Of a stretch of 64,000 nt of DNA, positions 31,071 through 45,724 are shown piece by piece. This stretch comes from Schmidtea polychroa. Its lineage: Eukaryota. The stretch is taken from contig CM097885.1 in the NCBI GenBank assembly GCA_044892525.1, forward strand, positions 41,976,001 through 42,040,000, in the 5' to 3' direction. The notes under the pieces were generated by a model. That model was not told the origin of the DNA. It saw nothing but the letters and a program-made list of their open reading frames with translations, and ran no database searches. Made by a program: the position numbers and the translations under genes. Within the stretch, counting starts at the first letter, position 1. Each line of letters opens with the position of its first letter.

Positions 31071-31607
31071 AACTCAATTTCGGTCGTTTCCATTCATCTT
31101 TAGTGAAAATATTTTGCTCCTCTGATATTTCATTAATCCACCCAATTTCCTTTCTCTCTAATTTATCTTCTGCCTTTTTAATAAATCTATAAACTTTTTC
31201 ATTTACTATTTTATTATTATATTCTGCTTCTTTAATTTCATTATACTCTTCTTGATTCTTAGGATTATTATTATTATTTATTAAAGATCGATCAGCATTA
31301 AAATAACTATAACATTTAAAATTATTTAAAGGAAACTTTTTAAAATTACAAATATTATTACATAAAGGTTCTACATTATTATATATATAAGGATTATTTA
31401 CATTATTAAAATTATTATGACCAATATTTACATCAATATCAAAATTACCTAGTATATTGCTCCGATCATTGCCTCTCGTGTCGAAGCATGTACTTTTGGG
31501 TGCTGAATCTCCTCACATTTGTCTTCTGCATCATCTGAATACTCAAGTGGCATCGTCTCATCATTAGTTTCAATTGCTGCAATTGTTCTTCCTGGATTGT
31601 TGATCTT

Positions 31608-32466
31608 TTATTGATAGCTTGTGGTTTGATGGGCATAATAATTATTGTTTCTCATGTTTGAATTAGTTTGAAACTTCCTTCTTTCCAAATTTGTATAGCA
31701 GTCAATCTCCTTGTGTCCACGCAAGTGACATCTCTGGCATTGAATCGTTGAACATTCTCGCCGTACGTGGCCTTCAACTCCGCATGCAAAACACGTCATT
31801 TTCTTTTTCATTTGGCATTCTCGACTAACATGACCAGTTTTCTTGCATGTCCAGCATTCCAATTGTCGGTTACTGACGTTTCGCTGCTTGAAATTATTAT
31901 TTCCGTTTACCATTCCTCTTTGAGCAACATCTCTGTAGCTTCTGTAGTTTTGAACAACCGGTGAAGTCTTCACAACATTAATATGGCCCATAATTTTGTT
32001 TATCTTTTCTAATTTCTTTATTGTCGCTTTTATTTCTTCTTATGTTTTCAAATCTTTCATCTCGATCTCTTTTTTAACTTCTCGATCTCTTACACAGTTT
32101 GTAAGCAGGTATTTTTCTATTTCTTCTTCATCCCATTTGTGCGCTATTAATTTCTTTGTCATCTTTTTAATTTTCTCTATAAAAGTTTCGGCTGAATCTG
32201 ATCCTTGTTCATAACTCAAAGCTTCTTTTAGATCATCCATTAATGATGTCGGTTTCAAAAATGCATATCGAAGTTTCTCTTCCATCGTTTTTCCTTCGGC
32301 TGCTTCATAATCTTCCATTAGCGATCGTCAAGTAATGTTGTAGTTAATATTACTTGCATCCTAATTGTTGTTTATGTCGCGCCAAAAAACCTTTGACAAT
32401 CCTTGATAAAATTTTCTAAATCATCGCCTTTGTGAAATTTCTCAGGTAATAGTCTGCTTATCAATA
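31608..32466 (-). pseudogene. Gypsy gag with three CCHC zinc knuckles
   Basis: CWTCKKTGHVSREC, CFACGVEGHVRREC and CQRCHLRGHKEIDC. Broken into several ORFs. Confidence 0.9.
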
Positions 32467-32487
32467 AATCCGTGGTCGTGGTCGCCA

Positions 32488-32780
32488 TGTTAGACGCAAT
32501 TAAATTCAAGTCTTCTTCAAGCATTTATTTTTATAACAACTTCAAAATTGTGCCGTTTACTAGTGTATTTAAACACTGAGGCGTGATAATTATTAATATT
32601 AATGTAATTACTGGTCATACATTTAATTGATTTAATTTAATATAATTTAATATAATATGATATAATTTAATATAGAATTTAAATATACAAATTTAACAGA
32701 AATAATTATTTCTACTAACTGACCTCACTTCTACCATTTAACCATAATAATTTTATATAGAGATTTATTAACTCCTTACA
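32488..32780 (-). repeat. 5' LTR
   Basis: Direct repeat of 26784-27076; followed on the minus strand by the PBS. Confidence 0.95.
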
Positions 32781-34035
32781 CTGATGACCTTTATTTTAAT
32801 TTTTTGTTCGCTTTCCTTTATTTGATTCCTTTTTCTCATTTCTCCTTTCTTTTACTTTCGTTTTCTTCTCCGAGTTCCCATAGATCGTCCCGTTTGTCAT
32901 GACGATTTTCACTCAGTAATTTTATCTATTAATCAATTATTTATTATTTAGGTATTCTCAACAATAGTGACGTAATGTTAGGTTCGATGGGTATGTATTC
33001 GAACTAACACAAAAACGTTTTATCTGACTCCAAAAATTTATAACGCATGTAGGTAAATAAATAACAAATATGATTTAAATATTTATTAAAAGTAAATAAT
33101 TTGTTACACAATTGTTTATATTACAAAATAATCGAGCTGCTTTCTAACGAACAGAAAACGGTTATATAAACCGCCCTAAAGAGTATTACTAAGAATCAAG
33201 GCTGACCCTAAATGTGCCAACAGCCCGATATAGGTGAACGGAAAAGAGATAGGGGAGTTTACCTAATTTTAACGCGATAGAGTCAACCCAGAAATCGGTT
33301 AACCCTTTAAATTATATCTGAAACGAGACAGCACAAAAAAGATATGTGCTGACGTTACAATTCCCTTTAATATAATGTTTTTAGGTGATGGAATATATTT
33401 ATATGTATATATATATTTAAATATTAAAATCAATGAATACTAACTAAGTTAATTATTTAAATCCAATACAGGCGAGATGAACCACAAATTGGTTATCGAA
33501 ACTGCTACAAAATGTTCTCTTTTTCTTCTTGAATTATTACTCAATACTCTAATAGATATTGGAGCTTAGTTGAAGAAACAAAAATTTCCAAGATAATTGT
33601 TAATTCTCTTTCCGATCGATAAACTGAATGTAAAACCTAATATGGAATGTCGAATAAGATTTGAACTTCCAATGAGATGGATGCTAGAATTTTTCTAAAT
33701 CTAATTTTAACTGTTGCTTTCCACTATCGTTTCTGTCGTGTACGATTTTCTCTCCGTCCTTGAACTCAACTTTTCGACTGGTATTTATACCATTTTATTT
33801 ATTTAAATCTATTAATAGTAATTATTTAATTACTATTTTTATTATATATTTTTAAACAATTACTATTTTTATTGTAAATCTATTTTTAGTAATTGTTTAT
33901 TACTATTTATATTTTAATTCCAATTTTAGTAATTTTTAAATACTATTTATATTTTAATTCTAATTTTAGTAATTTTTTAAATACTATTATTATTTAATTC
34001 CAAAACTTTTGGTTCTGGTTCCTAGTGAACCCCAA

Positions 34036-34670
34036 CAGTAAATAATTTTCAAATTCAACCCATAATGAACTAACTTTACTCTAAAGGAAAAAAGGAAATC
34101 GTCGATACTGCTAAGAGAGAGCCGAATCAAACCAAGTTTACCAGGGAGATAAGCAGGAAATTTGACATCAAAGTTAAAAGAACCACCGTGAAGGGTATTC
34201 TCAAAAAAAAGGATGCAATCGAGACTGCATTAAAGTCTGGTGTTCCATCAAACGCATGAAGTTGACACAAGCACATGACCCAAGTGCTCATATGGCTGAA
34301 GCAAGCAAGAGAACAGAATTAGCTTTGATTCGATCAAGGAGAAGGCGATGAAACTGGCCGAGCTGATGCATTTTCTAGACTTCATGGCGAGCAATGATTG
34401 GTTAGACAATTTTAAAAAACACCACGGCATCACGTTCAAGACGATGCATTGCGAAGCTGGAGCAGTAGATTTATAATCTCATCTTGAGTAGCAACAGCAA
34501 ATTCCGCGGTCATTACTCACACAGTTCTCCACAGACAACGTCTTCAACCTGGATGAGACAGGCCTATTCTGGTAACTACTTCCGAACAAGACCATGGGCT
34601 TCAGAGGAGACCAGTGCACAGTAAAGAAAAGTAAGCAAAGGATCACTCTTTTAGTTGGGTCAAATATGAG
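34036..34670 (+). pseudogene. Tigger/pogo transposase remnant
   Basis: Manual translation gives 'FMASNDWLDNFKKHHGI', 'NVFNLDETGLFW' and 'SKQRITLLVG', with stops. Confidence 0.75.
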
Positions 34671-34938
34671 TTAAGGAGGAAGTCGTTTCATTCTAGGAAG
34701 CTCCGCGCACTTGGATAAGTACGTTCATGCACCAGAAAAGTTGGAAGCCAGGTGTGATGCAAACGTGTGATCAGTTAAATAACGACGTTCACTAGATCAG
34801 CCAAAAGAAGATGCGCCAACCAACAATTCTTGAGAGCCTCGGTCTGATAAGTAACTTGAGTAAATAGTCTATATTTACAAACCCATGTTACTATGCCACT
34901 CTTGCTCGATCCTGACAGATGGTATAGTAACAAGATTT

Positions 34939-35091
<153 letters not shown>

Positions 35092-35658
35092 TATATAAAA
35101 TAAAAGTTGATTTTCCAATTTCACCAGTGAAATTTTTTCAATTTTATTTATTAAAAAGAGCTCGATATTGTTTTATATTCACGAACTTTCAGCAATTTGA
35201 ATCACTTGTCATTGAGAATGTAATTGCGAAATTTTAGAATTGCAATATCCAGTTGAATATTTCAACAGAATACTCGCAAATATGTTAAACTGCTGGCTTA
35301 CCGACAATTAAAATCTTTAAAATGAATACAGAGTAATGAATACAGTAAAATTAAAAGCGCGCAGAAGAGGTGCTTAAATCAAGTCAAAGGTTTCAGGTGC
35401 GCTCTGGATTCTCTGTTGTTATATTTTGGTAACCTACATATATTTTCTTTTAAAGAACTGGTGGAATATTGGATTTTAAAACACTCTTGTATAAACAACG
35501 TACTTCGAACTCCAATGCCTCATGTACTCTTTATACCATATCACACCGACCCTGCTTACAAGAAATTAATACATTATTTCCTAAAATCATTTGTGAAAAG
35601 AATTCAACAAATTGTTTTAACTTTAAATTGTTATTATATATAAAATAACTATCTAAGA

Positions 35659-35888
35659 CAGTGGTTCTTAACCTTTTCAAACTTATGGACCCCATAAATA
35701 TATAATTGGTACCGACGGACCCCTGAAATGTTAAAAAATTAATAAATTGATAGTAAAACACATACATTTTTTAATAGTTATTTATAAATCTGTTTATTCA
35801 GCTTCAAACAAAAATAATAAAAGATTTTTGTAAATAGTTCCGCGGACCACTTGGAACCCGTTCGCGGACCCCAGGTTAAGAACCACTG
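35659..35888. mobile_element. hAT (Charlie-type) MITE
   Basis: TIR CAGTGGTTCTTAACC ... GGTTAAGAACCACTG. Exact 8-bp TSD ATCTAAGA. Confidence 0.92.
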
Positions 35889-36082
35889 ATCTAAGATGAC
35901 ATCACAAAGTTTCAGATAGTTGAAAATATATTTTTAAAAACTTTAATTTTTATCACGTTTGACTTTTGTGGAAAAACATTTTATAATTTTGGAATTTTTC
36001 CATTTATATCAATTACAAATCAGGAGACTTTCAAATATTTTTATCAATTGTGAATGTCAAAATGTTAAAGAATTAATTAACC

Positions 36083-39000
36083 TTAAAAGTCACTAGTCGA
36101 AAATAACTTATCAACAAAATCATTTATGCAATTGACAATCATAGTCGGTTTAACAATTGGATGATGTTCATCTTCAGGACTAGATATGCAATCCATAAAA
36201 GTTTCACAAAAAACTATATACTTTACCGATACTTTCCTGACCTGACAAGCACACCGAATATTCCGACCGATTGAGATCCTCCAACATCATTCAGAATATC
36301 ATCTCCAACCATAAATGTCTGTAGGACAAAGTTGAGATTTAATATATACATATATATATATATAATTCTATTAGAAATTACAATACTAAGATCTGGGGAT
36401 TCCAAGATATCGGAATCTCGATTATTTTTACATGGAGTATTAGATTCTACATAATTAACTACAGAAGGATCACTCAAGATTTTATTTACAACTTTGGAAA
36501 AATCAAACACTAATTTAACTCTAGACCTCCTTAATGCAATTAGGGAGGAAATGTCTAAAAGGAGGGATAATACTTAGGTATTTGTATTTAGACTATTACA
36601 GATTCACATAGAGAAAATGATAGTTTCTTTCACATGGCACCATGAAAAGAGATATATAAATTGGCTAAATCCATATCATCTAGAATTTTTAAAACTAAAA
36701 ACAGTGATATCGACAATAATGAAGAAACTGGCGAAACTGAAAATATTGAAGAATGTCCAGGTCCAGATGTAGAGGCAAGTATACAGCAACAAATAAATTT
36801 TGCAATTATAGAAAGTTTAAAAGAATATCAAAATACAAATGCCGACAAATTTCATTCATTAGTAAAGAATTTTAAAATATTTGAAGCAAATGGAAAGAGA
36901 ATCTCAAATTTACAACATTTTTGGATGCACTTCTGACCATTAAACCAACTTCCACGTAAAATGAGCGGTATTTTTCCATTAAAACAGATTTGTTACCAAA
37001 AAAGAACGAGAATGGGATATTCAATTTTGGATACTCTGTATTTCTTAAAAAATTATTTTAGATCAAAAAAATAATTCAATTTATTGCATTTTCCTAAAAC
37101 ATTTTATAGATTTTCTTAAACTTTATGAATTTATTTTTATGTTACTATTTTTTATTTTGTTGTATAGTAAAAATGTGAATTTCAGTTTATATTATAATGC
37201 ATTAGATTTTTATTTTAAGTTGTTTTCTCGAGAAATTAAAGAATGGTGAGAAATTAGGAACAATAATCTCATTATTAGAATATATCATGAACCGAAATAT
37301 TGACATTGATATTGGGCCAATGTATTGTAATCCCTAAATTCTACAAATACTAATACTCAGTAAAGAATTATAAAATCAAAACCTGAATCGAAAAGTTAAA
37401 TTAATAAATTACAAAAAATTTAAATTTGATATGCACATGCAGCGTTTCACCAAATAAATTAGATTAAGCTATTATGAATACCTTATTTTGGGAACTCATT
37501 TCGGTAACCTAATTGAATATCAAATATTTTATCTATTATGTAAAGTAACATCTATAAAACTCCACAATTCAGAATAAAAAATGATTAAATCAATAAAATT
37601 AAATTCTTAAATAAAAATAGATGAAAAATAAAAATAGAAAATTAATTGAATTCAATGAAAGAGTACTGAAACAATTAAGGATACATACAATCCAATAAAT
37701 TTATTAAAATATTTATAATATAAAAGGTCTTCAATCCGTTAACAGTTTTATTGAAAGCTCGATTCTATGCGTATAATCAAATTCATACGATGACTGGCAT
37801 TTGCTAGAATTTTTTACAAGATTTTTTTTGGTTTTTACTTAAATGTAAATTTCATTGCAAATACAATATAATATTCCAAAACCTGAAGAAGCTTCATTCT
37901 TAATTCTAAAATCTTTAATTTATCTTAGTACCTCGATTAAATCCACTGCACAAATATTACTCTCTCGTCTAGAATTATCTGTTAATTTTTCTTTAAATGT
38001 TTGAATATAATAATATAATAATATTTCCTAGACAAACAAGTCATGTAAATCATATAGAAAACTGAAGTCAATTATAAATTTTCTGTTGTTCAAATTTGTC
38101 ACCTATCGAACTAATGACGGTATCTAGAACTGAGAAATGCACGTTTATTGGACGAAGTTTTGAGGCTTTAAACTGTCCCATTCTTATGTCCATATTCAAA
38201 ATTTACTTTTTTATGTTGCCGAACAAAATGGCATGAGAGAATATCTGGTTGCATGTCAACGACATCGGATAATTTCTTTGATTGAAAATTAAAAGATGTT
38301 TAAATTCAACCTCAATTTTGATACTCTTCAAGTATTCAATTAGATTTTCCAGAGATTCAATCAACAATAATATATCTACTTTCAAATTTTGTAAAAACTT
38401 TGCTTACAACATGCACTCGGGATAAAATACGCCCTTGAATTTAAATATGTTGTTTTCTTAAACATATCATTTTTTTACCCTTCACATTTACCCCATTTTT
38501 ATAAGCCCAGTCACGCATATCACGGATGTTTATGTTACCGTCACTAGTAGTGTTATCAACAAAAAAACAAAAGCCTAGAAAGTGCTAGTGTATTTCCATT
38601 TTTTGAGAATTTTCATAAAGGTAGTAGGATCTTACCCCATCAAAACAAGCGGATTTTTAATATAGTAAAGATAACGGTTAAGTGATTTTGGACTATGACG
38701 TCTATATTAGCAAATTAAATAATGTTTTATTATTAGCAACACTTATTCCAATATAGAACAACAACACAGTTAACAATCAATTTAAAAGTTAATTAAGATA
38801 TTAAAACAGTTAACAGTATTTATTATGTAATCCCGTAGACTTTAATGACAGCAGAAATCCTTGTTGGTGTAGAATCAACTAGACTGGAGCAAAACACAGG
38901 AGTGATTTCTGTTGACCAAACCTCCTCTTTTTTCTGTTTTAAATCAGGCACAGATGATTGATTCTTAGCTGAGACTTTTTCTTCAATTGTGTCCAGCAGT

Positions 39001-42000
39001 TTTCAATTGGGTTTAGATCTGGTGATGATCCAGGACAGCCATCCACCACAGAAATATTGTAATCTATGAGCCACTTTTGCACAACCTTAGCTGAGTGGCA
39101 TTGAGTTCTGTCATGAAACAGGTGGGTGCAATTATGATATGCCGTGTATGGCAGGAGATGATAAGACAATATCTCAAAATACACAGTGGAATTAATTGTT
39201 GTGCCTGTAAGAATGAATCAAATTCCACCTGTTCCAATATTACTAATAGCAGATCATATCATCACGGACATTGAATGTTTGACAGTATTGATAGTAAATC
39301 GGGAATGATAACGTTGATTAAAAGGCCGACGAACATATTGTTGATTGCAATGGAACTGCCTCATTAGCAAGCATGACTTTATGCCAGTCAACAGATGTCC
39401 AGTCTTTGTTGCGATGACAGAAAGCCAGTTGATCTGCAATGTTCTTTTTAGATAGTGATGGTTTTGCTGCTGGGCGATAAGCAGCAAGCTTGTATTTGCG
39501 AGTAAGTCGTCTTTGAATAGTACGAATGCTATGATTGCAATCATCAGGTAATTCACCAAGAATATGACAAGCTGATATCAATGGATTTTTGATGACATAC
39601 CTGTGAAAAATAGCATTATCACGTTCGGTAGTAATAGGAGGTCTTCCACAGGGATGTTTTGATGAATAACTCCACAAATAATTAAATCTGGAAACTGTAC
39701 GATGAACAGTTGATAAGTGCTTTTTGCTTTCAGAATATTTTTCTTCTACAAGATCACTATTTGAGACCTTAAAGTTTTTGAAAGTTTTTGTTTTCGACCC
39801 ATGAGCAGTAACAGTAAAAGATAAATAATAAGGAGGACCAAGAAAAATCAGGCTTAAATATAGCTGCAATTGGATTTTCAAAATTCTATATTTCGATTAT
39901 ATTGCATCACAAACATTCAATAAATATCTACTAAGATATTTATTTATTTTAATCAAAAGTAACTAATACTGCTAAACTTTTGTCCGCCACTGTACATCAT
40001 TCAGTATTTTTTTGACAAAATCACGCATAAAAAACAATTTCGAAAGTGCTCATATTTTTTGTATTTTTTATGCTTTGCGTTTATCAAGTTTTTTTTACTT
40101 GTTTTTGGTATCTCAAATAGACTTTTCATTATATCACGAAAGCGAATTTTAACAATCAAAAGAGAAGTATATCATCTTGCCAAGCGCGTTGGACTTAACC
40201 ATTTTAATGTTATTTGTAATTTTCCTGTAAATTTAAATAGTAGATCCCATCTGTTTACGCTATTTCCAAAAAATGAATAAAAAATGAAGAAACATCAATA
40301 CAAGATTTAACCATATCGTTAATAACAAGATTTAAATTGTGAGCTGCGAAATGTGTGTCGATTATTTAAATTAATGGTTAAAAATCCTATATGGTTTTCC
40401 GAAGATACTTGTTATCTTAATAAGTCAAAATCATTCAAAAGTCCTTGCTTATTTATAAAATAATTAGTTAATGTTAATTAATAAAGATAAATGAAATTTG
40501 AAAGGTATAGATAGATCAAATGTCAACATAAAGATAAATGATTATGCTGAAATTATATTTAATAGTTTATTTTATATTTTGAAACATTTAAATACCATTT
40601 GAAAATTAACATGACGTTTAATTTTATGATATGAATCCTCAATATACGTAGATAATATGTACACTTACAATCGGTCAATTAGCAAGTAAAGACTCCTGTA
40701 AAGATAAATAATTAGAATTCTAAACGACAAATGATGGAATAACGTAAATTTAAAAATAAACCAAATTTAGTGTGTATATGGAAATAAGTTTATATGAATA
40801 TGTATTCCGCAGTCTGTAAAGTTAACAGAATAATACTAAGAAAAATAACTCATTCATACAAACAAGAATTAAAATAATTGTTTTCAAAATAAAATTGGTA
40901 AAATTGAAGGAGACTACATAGATATAATGTTAAGTGACCAGGATTTGAGTTGTTGTCCCTAGCTGAAAACGGTCACGCATTAGACATATAACACTTTTAA
41001 CATTTTCAAAAAGGAAGAAAGCTGAAGAAAAAATTAAAGCGTTTTTTGCTTCTTTTTTTCTTTTTTCATTCTTTTTGATATAAAATGTATAGTTGTATAA
41101 TAGAATATTGTACATTAAAAGTTGTATACAATATGATCAACTGGGTTAAATAATTAGTATACATCTTTTTAAAAATGTAAATATGCAATTTACACATTCT
41201 TAGTGAAAAAATAAAAATAGTGTTCTTGTCATAGTATTCCATAATACACTCATTACTAGTGTGTATTCATGCAGAGATACCAGATTACACGGTTTTGATT
41301 TGAACATGCTCTGCATTTTGGTCACTATAATGGATGATCGAAAAATATTATAATAAATAACTATATACGACGAATATTCTTTATAATTTCACTTTTCGTG
41401 TGTCAATGGTTAAAGTCAAGTATTTTTAGTTGAGTTCATTTATAAAAACGATATTTAAAATGCACGGAATATGTAAGAAATGAATTTTACCAACTGGTTT
41501 TGTATTTCATTCAAGGCGCGGCTTAATTCTAAAAACAGTTAAAAGTAATTCAATTTTTATCCTTACAAAGTAATGACGGTTTATGAACTAAAAGTTTCAG
41601 ATCTTCAAAAAGGTTAAAATAGTGTTAGTAGTTTATTATTTAAACGTACATTAACATGTAAGTTGTTATTGAAAGAAAATCCTGAAAGTTTAACTAAAAA
41701 TTCCATCCTGGAAGTTTGTATGAAAAGATCTCAAATATATTTTCAAATTACAATTAAAAATCTAAACAAATCCGAATTATATTTCCCCGGAAAAACTGCG
41801 TACATTTTTTGAAAATTAAAGGAGTAGCGCTCTACAATGCTTAGAACAACACTCCGAAAACTATTTCATCAAAAAATACAAACCAACCAATAATATTCAT
41901 TCAATTCACCCAAAATATTGTGTAATTCCAAAATAAAATTAGATTTAAATTTGAATTAAAATTAGATGAATCAATAAAATTACTTAAAAATATAAAATTT

Positions 42001-44744
42001 TAGTTATATTTTAAGATTAAATTTATTTACCGATTGAAATACATCTAATATATAAAGATGAAAGTTAGTTTGTTTGTTTGTTACCCCACCGTTGGACCTA
42101 GGGTGCTGAAAATTTGCATGTGACACTCATTTGACTCGGGGCAGGTCATAGGCTATGTTTCAACCCCAGGTTACCACCACTAGGATACCATAACCCTACT
42201 CAGGGTCACATTGCTATTATTCTTAGTTTTAAATTCCATCTATACATTTCACTGCTGAAAATTGCATCAAAAGTCGGCTTCCCGTCGTAAAATTTGGTCC
42301 TCAAAAGCCACTTCCGAGATATTTTTAATTAAATTTTAATGTATTTTTTAAAATGAATGAATTGAAATAAATTTCTTTATTTTGAATCTGTTTACTATTT
42401 TTAAATCGTGCAACGCCGGGTACCCCAGCTAGTACTTGATAAAGTCTTATGTCTTAAGTCTCAAAAACATTAATATGAAAATTGTTGAATAAAAAAAATC
42501 TAAGGTGAAACCAAAACATAAATATGAAACATGTTTATATTTTGGTTAAAATTTTGATAGCATAATTTAATATTAACTCGATTTGTGTGGCTCTTATTTA
42601 GACGATGTGTAAATCCGGATTGTATATTAAATGGTTATGCTGGTCAATAATTTTAAAAATTTATAAAATAGTTCCATCAACGCCAGCGCTGTACTATCGC
42701 AAGTGCAACAAGTGCAATGGCACTGGGCCATAAAAAAACAATGATGAAAATTCAAAATTAGTTTAACTTTCAAAAAAATCTAGTTGGCTACAATTTAATT
42801 TGAAACCAATATATCTAATAATTCAGTAGCTTTTTTCAAGAGTAAAAAAATTGCTTTATAATTTCTTTGTATTATTTCTTTAAATTAAAATCAATAATAA
42901 TGAATGCATAAAAATAAAAGTTTTGTTTACGTCTGCACACGGCCCCAAAAGTTCCAGTATAGCTCTGATCAAGTCAAAAAGTTGAAAATAAAAACAAAAA
43001 AAATTTATAGGTAACAATTTCAAATATTTTGAATACAAAAAATATTATTTTGCAACTATCAATTCTAGTATTTAATTTATATAATATTTATTTTGGACTA
43101 TGCTATTCAGATATCTGTACTTTCACTGCAAAATATTTTTTCCACAACTGTTGTAAAAGAAATTTTGAGAATCACATTAAAACATCATATGAATAAAAGA
43201 CCTTTCGAAAATCCAAACAAAGCACTTCTGCATAATAACAGATATCTCACAACTCAATGTCTTTAAAATGCCTTTGGTCTACAATGTTCTCGACCTCGAA
43301 TACAGAGATAACAGGAAATCTCACCAATATATGTGGCATTACACCCATGACATGTAAACTGATAAACGAGATCAGAATGCAATCCAATCGGAGTTTAAAC
43401 TTATTAATAAACATATTGCGTACTTTACATGAATTTGACATAATCCTATAGTTTAAATTCGTTAACTGCTTGCCTATCTTCCGTTTATAATCCTTAAAAC
43501 CTTCTGAGTACGGCAATACCAACACAAATAAATGTGTTCAAAGCTCTATAATTTCTATAGTTATTATATCCTACGTGACGATGACAAAACTGTGGAAATG
43601 TTTGATTGGCGCTTTCATATAATTAAATTGTTGCTATGTATGTTTAACTATTTATAAAAATATAAAAATGCAATATAACATATAAACAAGTGTAATATAT
43701 TATAAGAACTTTTTTTTCTAATTTCACCACTAATTTCTTTTCCATTTTATTTATTATTAAAAACCTTGACTATGAATCATTAAATATATCGATATTTTTG
43801 ATATATTTACTGATTCATAGTCTTCAAGTTTTTAATAATAAATACAAGTAATAATAATAATAAATATAATAATAATAAATATAACATATACCTCTTTTTC
43901 ATGTAAACTTGAATTTTTGATTTAAAAGTATCTTTAAATTTCAAGTAGCTTACACAAGAAAAACTTGAAATCATTTCAGCTTGAAAACAACTTGAAATTT
44001 TTAAAATATATTTATTTTAAATATATTACATTTTTTAAATTCCATTCATAAAATTTTTAATAATATTTTTGTTTTAAATTAGATTTTTAGTATTTTTTTT
44101 CGAAATGATATGCTAACACTTCAAATATCATGTAAACGAGTTAATAAGCGTGACGAAGTTTCAAAGAATTTTTCATTACATAAACTATATTTTTCGGTCA
44201 AAACTGGTAAACAGGGACAATTGAGCATCTCGAAAAAATGATAAAATGACATGAAAACTGAGACAATCCCGGAAAACCGGGACATCTGGCAACCCTAATT
44301 AAGTGGAAGTAATTTCCATAAAAGAGTGCCATCTAGATTTTTAGTTTATTTATAGGTCTTAGAATATTTGATTATTGAAGCTCTCGAATCAATTGGAAAT
44401 TATTCTCGTTATAATGGAAATTTAGAATTACACTAAAACATTTGCAACATTGGCAACAATTATTTTTAACATCTTTCTATAGGTGCATTCAACTATTTAT
44501 AATAATGATTGATATGTGCTAGCTACAAGTTGAATAAAATATTGAATTGTTGTTTGATTTTATTATTTATATTTCATATTTATTTATTTTTATTCATATC
44601 CCTATCTTAGCGAGTTGAATAGTTAAGAAAAATTGAGAAAAATCAATTTACTTGATCAGGATTTGACTGGAGCTTATTTAATGCATTTCTGAAGAATAAA
44701 TTTCCCGGTTTTCCAATAATTTCTGCTTTTCTGTCCGTAGCGAA
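36083..44744 (-). CDS. LHPP: LHPP-like HAD-IIA phosphatase, last three coding exons (44652-44744, 36227-36318, 36083-36179); 5' exons not found in the window
   Basis: Spliced frame FATDRKAEIIGKPGNLFFRNALNKLQSNPDQ/TFMVGDDILNDVGGSQSVGIFGVLVRSGKYR/PEDEHHPIVKPTMIVNCINDFVDKLFSTSDF*. Contains HAD motifs GKP and GDDxxxD and the LHPP-like 'DEHHP'. Canonical GT-AG junctions. Confidence 0.85.
36500..37336 (+). mobile_element. 3' remnant of a hAT element in the LHPP intron
   Basis: ORF 36661-36936 continues after a frameshift as 'LDALLTIKPTST..ERYFS' (dimerisation domain). Ends with a TAATCCCTA hAT-like terminus. Confidence 0.6.
38820..39992 (-). mobile_element. Decayed Tc1-family transposon
   Basis: TA-flanked 5' TIR CAGTGGCGGACAAAAGTTTAGCAG. 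ORF pieces 'GRPPITTER', 'W..VMLANE' and 'SSPDLNPIENCW'. Second TIR not seen. Confidence 0.8.
42044..42432 (+). mobile_element. Non-autonomous Helitron
   Basis: 5' TC start (TCTAATATATAAAG), (GTTT)n, GC-rich subterminal segment and CTAG 3' end, inserted between host A and T. Confidence 0.7.
42684..42967. mobile_element. Older hAT MITE
   Basis: Imperfect TIR CAGCGCTGTACT ... AGTATAGCTCTG. Degenerate 8-bp TSD ATCAACGC/ATCAAGTC. Confidence 0.55.
43150..43530 (-). pseudogene. Penelope-like element GIY-YIG endonuclease remnant
   Basis: 'LVLPY' RT-thumb/linker, then after a frameshift 'DLVYQFTCHGCNATYIGE...IRGREH' (GIY-YIG with CCHH-type residues). Confidence 0.75.
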
Positions 44745-45355
44745 CTATAAAAATCAATAATTAATAATCAAATCAAATTTTCAAAAGAAGTGGAAAAAAA
44801 AACTTTAATTCCACTAATAATATTTTTATAAGATAACGCCAATCAAACATTCTTTTAGGGTGGGGTCGAGTATTTTACATAGTATTGATGAGAAGCAAAT
44901 AAATTCAAAACTAGCCTGACATTAGAAATCGCATTGAATATCACTTCACAAACTTTATAGTATTAACTTTCACTTTTAATGTCGTAATATCTTATTTCAT
45001 TCGGGAATTCTATTGTAATTGATGTAAATTACTCTAATCTTGATTTTATAGTTAGCATAAATAATTAAAAATTTTTTGGTTTTTTTAACTTATTTAGATT
45101 CTGTTCTTGCTTCAAGTATTTTCTTTAAATAAGCAGTTGAAGGAAACGTGGGAAATTTAAAAGGTGAAGAATTTATTAAATAAACATTTTCTTTTCATTC
45201 CAGTTTTGAAAAATCATTTTTCTGTAATCAATCGCAATGTCGTTCATATAATTGAGCACATAGAAGAAGAATAACAGTTTTTATTGAAAAATAGTGAAGA
45301 ATTACAAATCTTAAAAACTATAATTCAGAACTATTTATTAAAAGAAAAGAAGATA

Positions 45356-45724
45356 CTTCCGTGTTATCTTACCCCCAAAAATTAAATTAAAAAAATACAA
45401 TTAAAATAACAATATAAAAAATGAGAGAATACATTATTGATGACGTTATTGAATATTATTGAACATGAATTTATTAAGGCTATCTGTGATTTATGTGATT
45501 ATGTGATTATGTGAGTTTATGTGGCGCAAACGTGTTCTAAGCAACAGTGCCGATGTGTTCGACACTATTCTCAACGACATTGTGGTTTTCTGGCCAACCG
45601 GATGACCATTTACAAACTCTTTACAAACATTTACTGAGTTTGTAACTGTGATTTAGAAAATAAATATAATAATTATATTTGTTCTTTTTAAATTTAATTT
45701 TGGGGGGGTAAGATAACACGGAAG
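45356..45724. mobile_element. TA-flanked MITE (Tc1/mariner-pogo type)
   Basis: TIR CTTCCGTGTTATCTTACCCCC at both ends, each flanked by TA. Confidence 0.85.

Larger units (their letters stand above)
26784..32780 (-). mobile_element. Full-length Ty3/Gypsy LTR retrotransposon with disrupted gag-pol
   Basis: Two 293-bp TG...CA LTRs (26784-27076 and 32488-32780; about 6 differences by eye). 5-bp TSD CTGAT. PBS TGGCGACCACG (probably tRNA-Arg). Polypurine tract at 27077-27085. Order gag-PR-RT-RH-IN. Confidence 0.97.

Noticed and set aside
32976..33359. Possible solo LTR (TGTTA...TTACA)
   Set aside because: No target-site duplication or partner LTR visible.
36223..36510. 95-aa ORF as a standalone gene
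   Set aside because: Only its last 31 codons are an LHPP exon; the rest is intron read-through.
45081..45180. Candidate upstream LHPP exon ('AYLKKILE')
   Set aside because: Weak similarity, no splice donor, and an in-frame stop follows.
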